Part shown: positions 39,701 to 53,363 of the stretch, in pieces | How the letters are laid out: each line of letters starts with the position of its first letter | How positions within the stretch are numbered: the stretch's first letter is position 1 | Source: Vermamoeba vermiformis | Taxonomy: Eukaryota | DNA: 64,000 nt | Assembly: GCA_045837725.1 (NCBI GenBank) | Contig: JBEWZL010000219.1 | Location: forward strand, 1-64,000 | Reading direction: 5' to 3' | The notes under the pieces: generated by a model | Database searches by the model: none | What the model was told of the DNA's origin: nothing | Seen by the model: only the letters and a program-made list of their open reading frames with translations | Position numbers and translations under genes: made by a program

Positions 39701-41198
39701 AGTTATTCGGCGTTGAGCGCGAGATGAAAGAACTTGAAGACCGAAAAGACAAATTGTTGCAAGAACAGCGCGAAGGGATCAAGTTGAAGGCTAAAATTGA
39801 TGCTTTGAAAAAGAAACACGATCGTTTACTGCAAGACATCTCAAGTCACGAGAACGAGGACCGCGCAGTCAATGAAGAGTACGAGGAAATTGAGACCGTG
39901 GCCAAGAAGATCAAGAAACAGAAAGCAGTGGCTGATAAAGAACAGAAGCTTAAACAAACCGAAGCTGATAAGCTCAACGACGCTGTAAGTAACAAACACT
40001 TTCAAACAAAATCTTCAGGATACTAACAGTCTATACTTAGATGGCTGAAAGAAAGCGCGAGTTGAACTCATTGGTTAAGCAATCAATCGCTATTGAAGAC
40101 GAAATCAAGCAAGCACAGGTCAAGCTGAATTCATTGAACGAACAAAAGAAAGAATTGCAACAAGAGGTTTTGAACGTCATGGACGCAAGCGAAGACAACG
40201 ATTTCGACATTAGTAGTGAAGAATACAAACGAAGAATTAAGCGCTTAGAGCTCAAGTTGCGAGATCTGAATCGACGACTGAAAGAACTTGCTGAAAACAA
40301 TCAACTAGACCTCGAAGCGAACGAAAAACACGACAAACTGGTGCAAAATCTTGATGAGACGAGGAAATCGATGGAAGCCGTACAAAACAGAGCCCGTAAG
40401 TAGACACCTTCATGCCGTTAATGCAATGTCTGGTGCAATTCCTAATATGGTAATGCATGTAGGCGAGCTCCAATTGGAGATTTCGAAGCTTGAAGACGAG
40501 CGATTCAAAACTTTTTGTTTTTACATTGACAAGATCAACAACTCACTGAGCGACATTTATCACAAATTGACTATTAACGGCGATTGTTATCTTGGCTTCA
40601 CCGAGGTTAGTCACTGGTCAGTGTTAGAATGGTCATTAATATCCTTATTAGGATAAAAAAGCGTTGTTTGAGAGCGGCGTGTGGTTCCAAGTCAAGCCCG
40701 ACAGGAATCAATGGCGATCGTTCAATGATTTGAGCGGCGGTCAAAAAGCGGTTGCAGGTAAAATCAAATTTTTAGTAAATGCAATTCACCATTTTATTTC
40801 TAGCATTGGCACTCTCGTTGGCCATTAATGACGTCTTTCCTTCCGCCATCTACTTGTTTGATGAAATCGATGCCTCATTAGATATTGGAGGTAATAGATT
40901 ACTATATTGTTGGTATTACCAAAAAAGGAAAGTAGTTTCTAACCTGAAAATATTAGCCGTTGGTCGAGTAGCGAAATGGCTTCAACGTTTGAGCCAGACA
41001 AATGCCTCTCAATTCATTGTTATATCGCATCGTGTGCCGTTCATTCAGGTACGGACCAATTCAAACAATTGTTTTTATTCACGAATTTCGTAGTCAAGCA
41101 ACGTTCTTGTCGGCGTCTACCAAAGAAACGGAGAGAGTCAAGTTGCAGTTTTCAAGAGCAATGAGACGGAAGAAAATGAAGCTACTAAATCAAATTGA
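36776..41198 (+). CDS. SMC-family ATPase, divergent, subfamily unclear
   Basis: GFKSY (restored across a GC-AG intron), Walker A GCNGSGKS, coiled coils, hinge, signature LSGGQK, Walker B/D-loop YLFDEIDASLD, QFIVISHR. Confidence 0.92.
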
Positions 41199-41510
41199 GT
41201 TCGGAGAAACTTGAAAATTAATTGTGCAAATTTTCCACGCTTTTTTTGTAACACAATCCGTAGGGACCACAAGAGATGATAAACTCTTTGCCTAGGTAAT
41301 TGAGTGCTCAACCAACCTCAAAATAACACTTTTTATTGCATCTCGTAACCGCCGAAATATTAATTTTTTTTGAATAACGTTTGCAGATCGTCTTTGGACA
41401 GTAAGTACTTAATTTCAATTAGATATTTGTAGCTTTCTATTTTTCATAATTTCTTGAAGGATTTAACGATTTTTTAGCAGATGAGGAGGCAAACGTTGGA
41501 GTATTAAATT

Positions 41511-43100
41511 TTGCGTATCTGCCAAAAGCGCTCGCTTTTTTGTTTTTTTCTTTTGCCCGTTTTCCCCCCCTCCCCCCCGGGCTTCCAAGTCCTTGGTTAC
41601 AAAAGAGAACGCAGCTCGTTCTTAACAGTGTTGCACGCCTATTCTAAGACCCCCTCTGAAAAGCTTACAGTGCGAGAAAAAGCTATTCAATTGTTTGCAG
41701 TCCTGCACAATCTGCATTATCAAGGAGTTGTCAATAATGGGCTGGAGAGTATTCAGTGGGACGGTGACAAACTTATCGTAAGCATTTGCAACATGAGAAC
41801 CTCTCTTTTTGATATGCCACGGCTCCTTCAAAAACACTAACCAGCACCACTTTTTCAGCTCACGGATTGGAACGCTTGCCTATTCCGAGGAGACTGTAAT
41901 GACATGTTCAATTACGGCGATGATTACTTGGACGAGTCACAGCCGTTCAGAGAAGTCGGCGTAGCTGGAAAAATACTAAAGCAATGGGCCGAAGCCGAGA
42001 ATTGTCTGGAGGAGTTTCAAGACATAGTTGCAGCACTGGTACGAGCTTTATAGAAACCATTAATTAGTTAATAATGTAACATAGACCCACTCAAATGCGT
42101 TTGCTCGAATTACCGCCGCGCAAGCCCATGCATTGTTAAAGGGCGAAAAAGTCCATTGGTTGACACGCAACGAGTACAAAAACGAGTTAAAATTTTGCAG
42201 CTAATCTTGTTCCTTAGGGATTCTATATTCACTCAACTATCATACCAGCGAGTAGTCAAATTATGTGTAGAGAGGTTTGAACAAGAGCTTCAAAGTGCGT
42301 GTAACGACGTGTCGACTTTTGACGCGTGTCAATGGCATTATGAAGCAGCTTCTAAGCGCGACACCACATTAATGTTTGGTACTCGGGAGGGTCAAAACAT
42401 TGTAGCTAAAGTGATGCGTGAAAGCCCGCGTCATATCGGTATGTCATCGACGTAACTACGGACATCAAACCAATGTATTTCTCATCATCTCTTCAGCCAA
42501 GGAGTATTACGTCACGAAAATGATGAGTGGAGTTTCAAAGCACTTTTCAACGGTCACATCGGCGAGTACATTGAAGTTCGATACAGAGATTGAATCTGGC
42601 TTCATCATCGTCATGCCTGAATACCACACAACACCGAGGCAGAAAAACATCACGAAGACTTTTCACGAGCTGATTGACGTCTTAATGACACTTCAACGAT
42701 TCGGATTGGTGCACGCTGATATTGCTCCGCAGAATATTATGTGGGATAATAACGATGACCTCGTGGTAAGTCCATAACATTGGAAAATATTCATTTAAAC
42801 GATATACTAATAGCCTCATAGTTGATAGATTGGGGAAGTGTGTTCATGGTCAATCACGAGTTTATGGGCCCAGACGCGATGTTTGGAGGTCACGACGGGT
42901 ACATGGCGCCAGAATGGGTCAAAACACTAGCCTCGGACATTTACAGCGTCGGTAAAACGATGCAGTATTTCATGAAGGAATGGAACCAACATAACGATGC
43001 CATTGAAGCTATTATATTGAAGATGACAAGGACTGAATGGTATGCTAGACCGACTGCAGACCAAGTTTTTCGCGAGGTTAATGGATCGCATCAGCAATGA
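41511..43100 (+). CDS. Protein kinase preceded by a degenerate kinase-like domain (5' end unresolved, noisy sequence)
   Basis: C-terminal domain has VAK, HADIAPQN, LIDWG, GYMAPE, SDIYSVG, RPTA. The upstream half has LHNLHYQGVVNN..LTDW..ARITAAQA. Confidence 0.8.
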
Positions 43101-43409
43101 GCTGAACTAGCGTTATGTAAATACGCCGTTGATGTTACTGTAGATATAAGTAAATTTTAAACTATACTTGACAATCATTAAAGAACACTAGCTAAAAGTT
43201 CGATAATTTGAATCCGCCATAGAGTTAAAAGAGACTGGGTAAATGGGCAATTACCTTAAAATACGCATATTTTACTAGATTCGCCTAATATCGTTAGTTA
43301 TTTGTGTTGTCCAATGCTGGTGTGCGCTCGAAAAAGCTCTGAAAGTTTGCCGCCTTTTATTTTCAACGACCTTTTTGAAGACCACACGTCGCTGGTTATT
43401 CGTATATTA

Positions 43410-46400
43410 ATGGACCCCCTTAAAGGAACTACGAATACGACCATCAATGCGGTCAAACAAGCGACGCAGTATCTGGAAGAGTGTTTGAAGCGAGATGAAG
43501 AGTATCCAGAATTGTGGGACTTCTTTGGACAAACCTCGTCTGGTCAATACTCATTAGGAGATGCTATTAATATTCCACAGTTTTCTCACAAGAAGTGGAT
43601 TGTCCTGCCTGAAGCACTGATAGAGCAATACAACTGTATCCATGCACGCAGCAATAATTACGCAAAAAATAATCCTAAAAATTTATTTAAGCTATAATAA
43701 TAACATACATGCTATAAATAATCAACTAAGACGATATAGGACGCTATTATTGCTATAAGAAATCAATTTTAGATTTGCTTTTTGAAAACTATTTATAGCG
43801 GTCCCTATTTCAACTGCAAATGTATTTTCTTTGACTAATGTAATAGATTTGGAATGTAAATCATTTATGGGGCTCTTACCTGAAATAAATCGAGCGTGGA
43901 TCACCATCGACAACAGATTATTCCTGTGGAACTACGAGGATGGGTATGTACAATTCTTTCGTGCAAAAAAATTACAAATAATATTCTATGACGAATACTC
44001 CAATAAAACGCACGATTATGAATCGATACACGTGAATCCAGATCGTGAGCCAAAGATATTTTTTCAGTTTTTCAACTGCTTCGCCATCACCACCGTAATG
44101 AAAATAGTATTATTGGCTAATAATAAGCTTTTAGACGCGATTTCCAAGTGTACGACGGACTGGATCAAATTATTGTCAGTGCTGGCTTGGCGAAGCCTAA
44201 GAAAGACATTTTCCAAGACATTGACATTAAGTAAGTTAATAATATGATTTATCATGAATTATCCATATATTTGCCTATTAATTTAATTAAATTGATGAAA
44301 AATTGGTCGGCAGTCGATAGTGCTCGATATGTGCCTTTTGATTGGAGGTGGCAAGTCAGAATTTTTAATTAATTTTAATAAAAATAGGCACGTGCTCGTC
44401 TTGGCAACACCAGTTGAAATCGTCATGCTCGCTATTTACTTGCAGCCTGGCTCGAACGAATTGACCCTCCATCCTAGTACGTGTCATGCGTGTCATCCAC
44501 TAATTTGACTAATGCTACTATATGCACTAAATAATCTATAATTGTTTAATTTGTACGTGTTTCACTAATACCGGTGTTTTTTTTAGCTAAATTTGCTTTA
44601 CCTTCTGACAACGTCAACATGCTGAAAATTGGTAAGTGTTCATTTATTACATTGCGATAGGTTACGTAACAATATCGATAAATACTAACGTGGTGTCGTC
44701 TGCTTTTAGTTGGCAGTGATAACGGAAGAATTTTTATGTGTGGTCGTGATGGATGTTTGTACGAACTTGACTATCAAGCAGATGATCGCGCGTGGTTCGG
44801 ACGACGAAGAAAATGCAGAAAATTGAACCACTCTGCTGGAAAATTCTCATCTTTGGTGCCTTCGTTCTTGAAGTATGTCCCACATTATTCTTCTCGCACA
44901 TTTTGGGTTACAAATTTTGACCCGAGATCACCAAATTTGAAGCGATAATTTTCAAAGCGTATGATTAATAACCACATATTGGTCCGTGTTAATGAGTTTA
45001 AATGATTCGGATAGTACTATGACGCTTTTTTTTTGTATTTCGATTGCTTCGTTTATTTTGTTGGCCGATCTAAACTGTTTTTTTAGGCTTGGATCTGATG
45101 ATGCTTTGATTGACATCATTGTTGACAACTCAAGAAACATTTTATATACCTTGTCCGAGCGATCTGTTATTCAGGTACGTAATGTTGAAAATAACTTTGG
45201 ATCTCGATCGTTTGACACGCGATCAGGTCTTTGATCTTGGTGAGGACGGCAAGAGCATTTCAAAAGTAGCAACTGCTTCACACATCGCACAAGAAGCAAT
45301 CAAGATGTGCCCGCGAGTTCAGAACTGGGACGCACAAATGTTCTCGATTATTGCTGCTGCTCCTGTCACGACTTCTGAATCAGGACCCGTGCACTTAGTG
45401 TGCATCACGCAAGGTGGATTGCGATTGTATTTCTGCACCAATTCTAGCCGAGTTAACTCGCGATTGGTAAGTTTGAATGCTATCTCTCGGTCTATTTCCA
45501 ACACTAACTTTAACGCCACTGTAGACCTACTATAAGAAGACCAGACCCGATGGCTTGTACCTCGTGCACGTCAGATTCCCGCCCAGTGCCAAACAAGCTG
45601 CAACGAACGCGCCTACAGCTAACGGTCACACCACCACAACTGACCAATCACAGCCTACTGGCGCGAACATTCACAACGCGTTCTATTCACAAGGTGTCTT
45701 GTTGATGGCCGATGCTAAGACTCCCGTACGTACAGTTATTATCGAGCCTAAAAATACACGTGCTAACAAAACTTTCAGACTTCTGACATCATTTTGAATA
45801 TTTGTCCCGACGCGATTGACGCACTGAAGAGCCGTGGCAATTAGTAAGTTCAATGATATGCAAAAGTTTGATATTAGGTGTTCTAATATATTTTTGTAGT
45901 GTCAACTCATTGGTAGAGAAAGCGAACAGCATTGAAATTGAAGGCCGTACTTGGGCTATTTCAGAACTGCCTCCCTCTGCTATCTTCAACTCATCAACTC
46001 TGCTTAGCAGTTTGAAATCTTCTGCAAGTAAGTAATAAGTTTAAATTAATATCGCTAAATGCTCGTACTCATGTGTTGTGCAGCTGACGGCCGACCAATT
46101 GAATTAGTTATGCGCAACGAATTAGCCATTCAACACATGTTGCCACCGAGACAATTCTTGTGCTTGACTTCTTCTGGCTCTGCACTTGATTATGAAATAC
46201 AGACCTGTTGATATCCTGCGTGAAGTTTTGGGTGGATCACGCGGATCTGATACTCCTGATGTTCGCGTACGTGTGTTTCATTAATACCAATATTATGTCT
46301 AACATGTTGGTAGTCATTCTTCCTCAACTACGGCCCTGACCAAGCTTGTGCTATGTGCTTGATTTTGGCGTGCAATGAGGCCAATTCTGGCGTCAATTTT

Positions 46401-49400
46401 TCAGCTGCCTCGCCGGCCAAGTCATCGGAATTAGTCAACTGGGCCACTCAAGTGTTTTTCCGCCTCGGAGGAGTTCCTTTCTTCGACAACCCGAACAATT
46501 TCCCGCTAAATACCGAAGACGCTAGTACGTACCTTTGCCTCCCAATTGACACGAGACACTTGCTGACTTTAACTTTAGAACAACGATACATGCGTTACAG
46601 TGCCAGCCACGATGGCCTCGCGTTGTATTTGTCCCGTCTGTTGCGTCCTGTTTGGTTCCAGCCTTTGTTGGACAAGAAAAAATCAGTCTCGCACGATCCG
46701 AACAACCCATTTGCCAATCAAATGAGCGATAGCACTGGCTTCGTTACTTTCAGCAAAGAGTAAGTACTAGTACGATTGTTAATTTTGGTATCCCATATTA
46801 ATGTTTTTAGGGAATACGGAGACTTCATTTCACGACTCACAAAGCAACAATTAATCGAACTTGAAATTTACCTCACTCAATTGAAGAGTTTCTTGGATAA
46901 GAGTAAGTGCCACGAAAACATGAGATGAGATACTACAATCGCACGCTCAATCAAAATTACGGCAGTATTCTTTGCATTTATTGCATTGACATTTGTCGTA
47001 GTTGTGCTAGTTGTGCTATATTAACGACCAGCATTTTTAATACACTGACGGGGATGTTAAGAAGATCTACTCAGTGCCCAAAATGCTTACATACCCATAC
47101 ATATTCAATTCTCTTTTGATGATTATTTTAACTTTTTTTGTGTTTAGACCCACAGTTTGCCATGCTCCGAGCACCAGATGCTGGCGCAAAATTAAAGGGT
47201 CTCGAAGTTCAAAAGCTCGAAGAAGAGGCTAAGCGTGTATGTATAATTTATCAAGTGACGCTGTTCACATCTAACTTTTTGACGCAGATCGAACAAAACT
47301 CGCTGTCCAATTTGCACTTCACTTTGCTGAGAAGTTTGGAATCGTTGGCCTTGTTGTCAATTTTGAACGATTTCTTGCCCGACAGCTATTTGAAGTTGCC
47401 GAGCTCTTTGATCAACAAGATCACTTCGATGAAGTTCCGCGACTTGGTCTCTTCTGAAGAAGGTTTCCAAGTTGTTAAGAGTTTGGTCGAGGCGTTGATC
47501 CAAGACGCTAGAGTAAGTCTCGAGTACTATTAATAAGAGTAATTACTAACGGAATCTATTACTTTGCAGGTCGATTCCATCAGTCAAATTCTCGCAGCAC
47601 GCTGTCCCTCGTTCTTCTCTGAAGCTGATCGTACACGCTACCAAGGCTTCGAGTTGATGACTAAAGCGAAGTACGCCGAGCGATTCGACGAGAAAGAGAG
47701 CTATCTGCGTGCTTCATTAGAGGTAAGTTTTTCGTGGAAATAATTACCCGGATGCACCAGATCTGATCTACTTTTCAACAGTTGTTCAAGAAGATTCCCG
47801 ATCACTTGAACCGCCAAGATGTTCTACAAGCCATTACTGAAGAGTACCAATACTTGCGCTATTACGAGGGTGCTGTTGTGTTAGCCTTAGAGTGCGCTAA
47901 TGCAGCAGATCCTTCTGGCGCTGGCTTCACGTGGTTCCAAGAGGGCATGTCAGACAAAGACGAGCGTGGCAAGACTGCCTATCAAAAGCGAATCAAGGCC
48001 TATTCGAACATCATTCGTGTCTTGGACGAGTTGCACACTGGCGCCTTTACCGGACTCGTCACCGACAGATCTGTTCCGAGACCAACTCTCGATGCCACTG
48101 AACTCGAAAATGAAAAGCTTAAAGTCATCAAGGTAATGAAAATTATTATAGGAAGTAATATATAAGCATTCTCACAATCTTATTTTTTTAGGCTTGCCGC
48201 AAATCCACAGACGAATTGTTCCATATTGTATTATACAAGTGGTATTTGTCGCAAAACTTGGACAACGAGCTGCTTCAACTTCAAACACCATATTTGGAAG
48301 TGTTTTTGCGCAAGTACAGCGAGAACAAGACACAAAGCATGGATCTGTTGTGGAAGTACTACGTCCGACAAAAGAAATATGCCGCTGCAGCTGTTATCTT
48401 GGCCAAGTTAGCCGAGACCAAGTAAGTTTCCCGATGAGATATTTCCAAATAAGGAAATCATACTAACGCTCGTCTGTAGGGAACCAACAAAACTCGAAGT
48501 TCGCATTGAAAATTTAGCACGTGCTATTACAAACGCTAAGAGTGCTATGGACCAACATCAATTGAGCAATCAAGTTGACGGTGAATTGTTGCACGATCTT
48601 GAAGAAAAGATGGAAGTAGCCCGCATCCAGTTGAAGATCTACAACGACTTGCAGCAAGTTGCCGATGTTAGACTGCGAGACCAAGCACGCGCTGAACTTG
48701 ATACTCAACTGTACACTGTTTCTGAGGTATGTGCTGTCATTTTTTCATCGTCGAATCATTGCTAATATTTTATTTAGTTGTACAACCGTTACGTGAAGAC
48801 GTATGGTTTGTGCGAGTCAGCTTTGGCCATCATTCACGTGTCAAGACACAACGACCCGATCTTGATCAAGAAGCTGTGGGAGAACATCATTGCTGATGGT
48901 ATGTGTCAAAGCTATATACTTGGTTAGCGGAGGATAAGGTCGTGTAGATCCGGATCTGACCCACTCTGTTCACAGAACTTAATCAAGTGCAGCATGAATA
49001 CAAGATTGCTCCTTTGGTCAACAAACTTTTGGACTTGGGTCGTGCTTATAGCAGCAGCGAGATCACGTTCCCTGTTGAATTCTTGGTCGAGATTTTGGAG
49101 CGTAAAAGCATCGAGTTGAAACGAAACTGGGAACGATCACGCAACTCCTTCGACATTAGCTGGGTTGTAAATACTATGCTTGACATTGGCATTCCTCATC
49201 ATAGATTGTTCTTTGCTTATAATGATGACCTTTTGGAGAAGACTGTAAGTTTTGTTAATTTTGTGTTGGATCCGCATCTAACCTATTATCTCGTAGGATC
49301 CTTTCTGGAAAGACCCAGCCAATCAATTCCACTTAATCGACGTGCTTTGTGTATTATTAGACCGATGGATCAAGCACGTTCGCTCAGCTAGTGTTTCAGC

Positions 49401-49590
49401 GTGGGACATCAAACAATTCAGATCCAAGCACGTGGACACTGGCATTGAAAAATTAGTAACGAGATTACATGCACTTAAGATAGGCGATGCAAAGGCAGAC
49501 CAATTGAGCAGCAAGTTGCGAACATTGAAGAAAGAAGTTTTGGATTTCAAACCAAATCCGTACACTCTCACACCGATGAGACAATTCTAG
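43410..49590 (+). CDS. NUP155: Nuclear pore complex protein Nup155/Nup170
   Basis: LPEALIEQYN..MGLLPEINRAWITIDNRLFLWNY, LVLATPVEI, GRIFMCGRDGCLYE, CRKLNHS, YSASHDGLALYLSRLLRPVW, FHIVLYKW, DLLWKYY, LEEKMEVARIQ. Probable 1-bp indel near 46178. Confidence 0.96.
43636..43846 (+). other. U12-like intron in NUP155
   Basis: 5' splice site GTATCCAT. TTTCTTTGAC lies about 12 nt before the AG and overlaps a U2-like ACTAAT. Splicing restores EQYN|YLECK. Confidence 0.6.
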
Positions 49591-49848
49591 CGAGATAACA
49601 AGAATTAAATAAATAATTTAATTTGCTCAATACTTTGTAATAACAGCGCAAGACCTGGAACGAATCCAATCCAACGACGACGACGGGAACGGAAAAATCA
49701 GGAATATTCCTTGGCAAATAATTAATTGTCTTGCAATACAAGAGCCACCGTGTAAGAATTGATACATGGAACATGCTTTTGCACTGTCACATGATTTATT
49801 CGAAGTATACCAAGCTTTATTGCTAACAACAAAATCTTTTTGTTAGCT

Positions 49849-50158
49849 TCATCCACGTTGAGGAGCAGTAGCAACAATTCCATTCTCGTCTACATAAATT
49901 CTAACACGATCCGTTCGATAATCCATGGTAACCATCATGTCTTGAGTCACGATCGGAGCAGTATTTTCTGATCAATTAAAAATATCAGACTTTAGTCTCC
50001 GCAATAAGCAATAATAGTATTATTTAATTAATTAGTTTTTAAATTCTTATGAAATATTAGGCAACAGTATATTTACGATTGAAGCCGCGAGCAAATAACA
50101 TTTGTTGAGCTTCTTGGCCGGTCTTGCCAACGAGGTCTGCGAATTCGTTTCGATCCAT
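49849..50158 (-). CDS. Potato inhibitor I (MEROPS I13) serine protease inhibitor, two exons, absent from the ORF track
   Basis: Exon 1 MDRNEFADLVGKTGQEAQQML; exon 2 MMVTMDYRTDRVRIYVDENGIVATAPQRG*. The splice phase does not match cleanly (possible indel). Confidence 0.88.
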
Positions 50159-50487
50159 AATAGTGCAGTTTTGTTGTGCTTGATAATCAGATTAATATTA
50201 TAATGAACTTTTCGCGTTGCAAAACCGAAAGTATTATTGCAAGAACACTTTTCACGAAAAGCACGTGATCGCACGTTCTTAGGAGTGCCATGAAGTCATA
50301 GGTATTTAACACATGAAAGAAAAGTAACTTTATAACCAAATGAAGTCAGATCTCTGGAAAGCAATCGTAATTTCATGAAATTTCTAACACGTGGTTCTTT
50401 CGGTTCGTTACAAACGTTGTTTAGGACGTATTTTTGTTACCACAATAGCGCATTTATAATATTAAAGGATAGCGCAATATCTTCGCA

Positions 50488-53363
50488 ATGGGCCAAACAC
50501 CCAGCACCTCCAGCAAATCCAAACTAGTAAAGCTTACGATAAAAAATTCAAATAAAAGTAATAATTAATTTACAGACAAAACATAAAAACGATAAGCCAA
50601 AGAGCTCAACTAAAGAGGTTGGCAATCCAAATAAAATTAAAGGAAGGAAAATTAAAAAAGTAAGTTAATTTAAATACTAGTATTATTACTAATAATCTCG
50701 ATATAATATTAATATGAGTAGCCATCACATAGACTAGTATTAGAAAATGTTTTGCGACCAAACGGCCTATTTCCACCTGAAATTCTAGAGTTGATCCTCG
50801 TTCAATTGGAAGACTATGCCCTAATACAGGCGACGATGGCGTGTAAATTGTGGATGGAGACGTCTATTCAAGTATTTAAGGTAATTATTAAAAAATCTTG
50901 CATTGAAGACCAGATCTGATTGGAAATTTCGAATTTCAGCGACTTTATTTACGGCACTTCTGTTCAAACCCTCAATCTCTACCCGAAAACTTTGACTACG
51001 TATCAGCATTCATCCATCATACTATAATTAAAAAGCATATGAAACAGAACGTGTAAGTACATCCGTTACAAATAATTTAAATTTTGTTAACGGAAGTTTA
51101 AAGCTATTGGGCTGAAGATATCGCACTTGGATATGGATGTCGCGGCATGGTAGGCGGTGTTGGATTCACTTGGACCAGCGAGGGCAATAAAGTCGCTATT
51201 AATTACGATAAAACTAATCACACGTAAGTCCGATCGATCGAGATCGTGTTGGATCTGCCACATGAAAAATACGTATAATAACGATTATATCGCCTTATTA
51301 CAGGTCATTTGGCCCATACACTATGCACACCGAAGGAGTTCTGTACGACATCGAAAAAAGAACGCGCCAATCGATGAGGTACGGCACGCACTTGTGGAAC
51401 GGAAAAACTATTATCCCGCAGGACAGTAACTTCACCGCGTGGGAATGGAACACGTGTACTGTCGTGCTGGAGGAGGGCAAGAAAAATAATAAGGAGATTA
51501 AAATAGGTACGGATATTAAAGGCCAAAAAGTAAGGTGTCGAACAAGATCTGACAAAAAAATTTCCTTTTTTAGAAAGAGAGCATAAATTCGTTCGACCCG
51601 ACACGGGAGATCCCTGGCAGGCATTAACGTGTCCCGAACGACTAACAGACGCATTTCCAAATTTGGACGGGTCGCCTCAAATACTCACGTGGGATCGGTG
51701 CATGTAAGTTTAAACAATCTCGAATTCTTTGCAAAAATTCTTATTCATGAACGCATTCTTTGCAGAAATTCAGGCACGCATGACTTTATGTGCGAAGTTT
51801 ACGATTTAAATACTGGCAAACAACTCTACACATGGCCGCTGAAAAAGTACTGCGAAAGAATTATTGGATTTTACGTAAGTTTAATTCAATTAACATATAC
51901 TTATATGATATTAACATATATTATAGAAAACAAGTGTTATATGCAAGCGAAAGTCGGATGTGGCGTTTGTAGATTTGACCAACGGAAACGAATTGGGTAC
52001 ATTGCCCTTGTTTCAGATCTATCACATTCACAAGGATAAGGTAGTATTATACGATATATAGTACTATTTATAACGCTATATTTAGCTTGCAATAGCCGAG
52101 GCTTCAAGTCCTACAAAAGTGTCAATTTGGGATCTCGAAACAATGCAAATATTACATCAACTAGACATTAATTCAGTAGGAATTGAGTATGGCGAAGGTA
52201 ACGAGGGCTCTAGTGTACGTATTCTAATGATTCTGAAAAAAATTAAGTACATCCAGGTCAAGATCTGGATCAGTCGGATCCAGATCTTTCAACTTTCATT
52301 TCATTATGACAATAGATCTTATATTAATAAGATGCATAATTTCAGATCGGAGGTCTGGCCTTTGACAACTGGAAGCTAGTCGTGAACATTGCATCGACGG
52401 AGAATGGCCTGCTCACAGTCATTTTTGACATGACTGACAAGTACAAGAAATTAACGCAAATTTGCAGCCCTGGTGTACGGAACACCAGCATTAAAATAGC
52501 ACTGCCGACGAACGGTTCGATCGTACTTGGGGGCCGGTACGCAACTATAATCATAAACCTTTCAAATAATAGTGACCACTATTTGTTATAATTGACCTAA
52601 AAAATCAGATTTTCTTATAATTATTAATTTATTAATTTATTGTTGTGCCAGGCAAATTACCGTGTTGGACTTCAATCATCCGTATTTGTACGGAGAAATT
52701 CCGATTGCGTTTTGCTCCAGCGTAAGTTTTATGTTTATTGCCTAATTTGGTAATAGAGCTCTGATCGTTCTATTCAATTCACAGAAAGACAGCGCGACGG
52801 TGAAAATCAAGCAGTACAATATCAACCCAACGGATCTATTCACTCAAGCAAAAAAATTACTACAAAAGGAGAAAATTGCTGATTTGATGATCGCAACCTA
52901 CTTTTGCATCACTGGATAGTAAGTACAAAAAAGTGTTCTCTTATTGTTTGAGAAATCTGGTCGGATCTAACCCAATTTTTTCACAGCAATCAATATAGCG
53001 GTCGTGTGACATGTATCTCCGCACTGCCAGATAGACATGTCGACTATTACTATGAGCGAGTGGGTCGTCAAGGAATAATGAGCAAAATTCTCAATTGGAA
53101 GAAAATTTTTGGCGTTGGATCCGTTATTTCATTAACCTGCTTAGACCTGAAAGAAGTAGACTCTGAACATCTTATTTCGTAAGATCATATTATTATACTC
53201 AGTATTAATACTTTCACTCATCGTGTTTGTTAGTGGTCGATCAGGAGTGTCAGATCCGTGTGTGATGGTCTTCGAGCAGTACGACAGCAAGACGCACACG
53301 TGGAACATTTGTGAGCCACATTGGCCTGATGACGTTGTGGCATTGATTGAACAGACCTCGTAG
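50488..53363 (+). CDS. F-box protein with beta-propeller-like C-terminus and putative N-myristoylation site
   Basis: MGQTPS start. LFPPEILELILVQLEDYALIQATMACKLW F-box. Beta-rich repeats (CEVYDLNTGKQL, VSIWDLET). Ends ALIEQTS*. Confidence 0.75.

Noticed and set aside
46170-46200. Frameshifts as pseudogenisation or programmed frameshifting (also near 700, 1395, 27580, 30515, 56588, 58560-59100)
   Set aside because: They occur even in the essential NUP155, lack a shared slippery motif, and are most simply explained as assembly indels.
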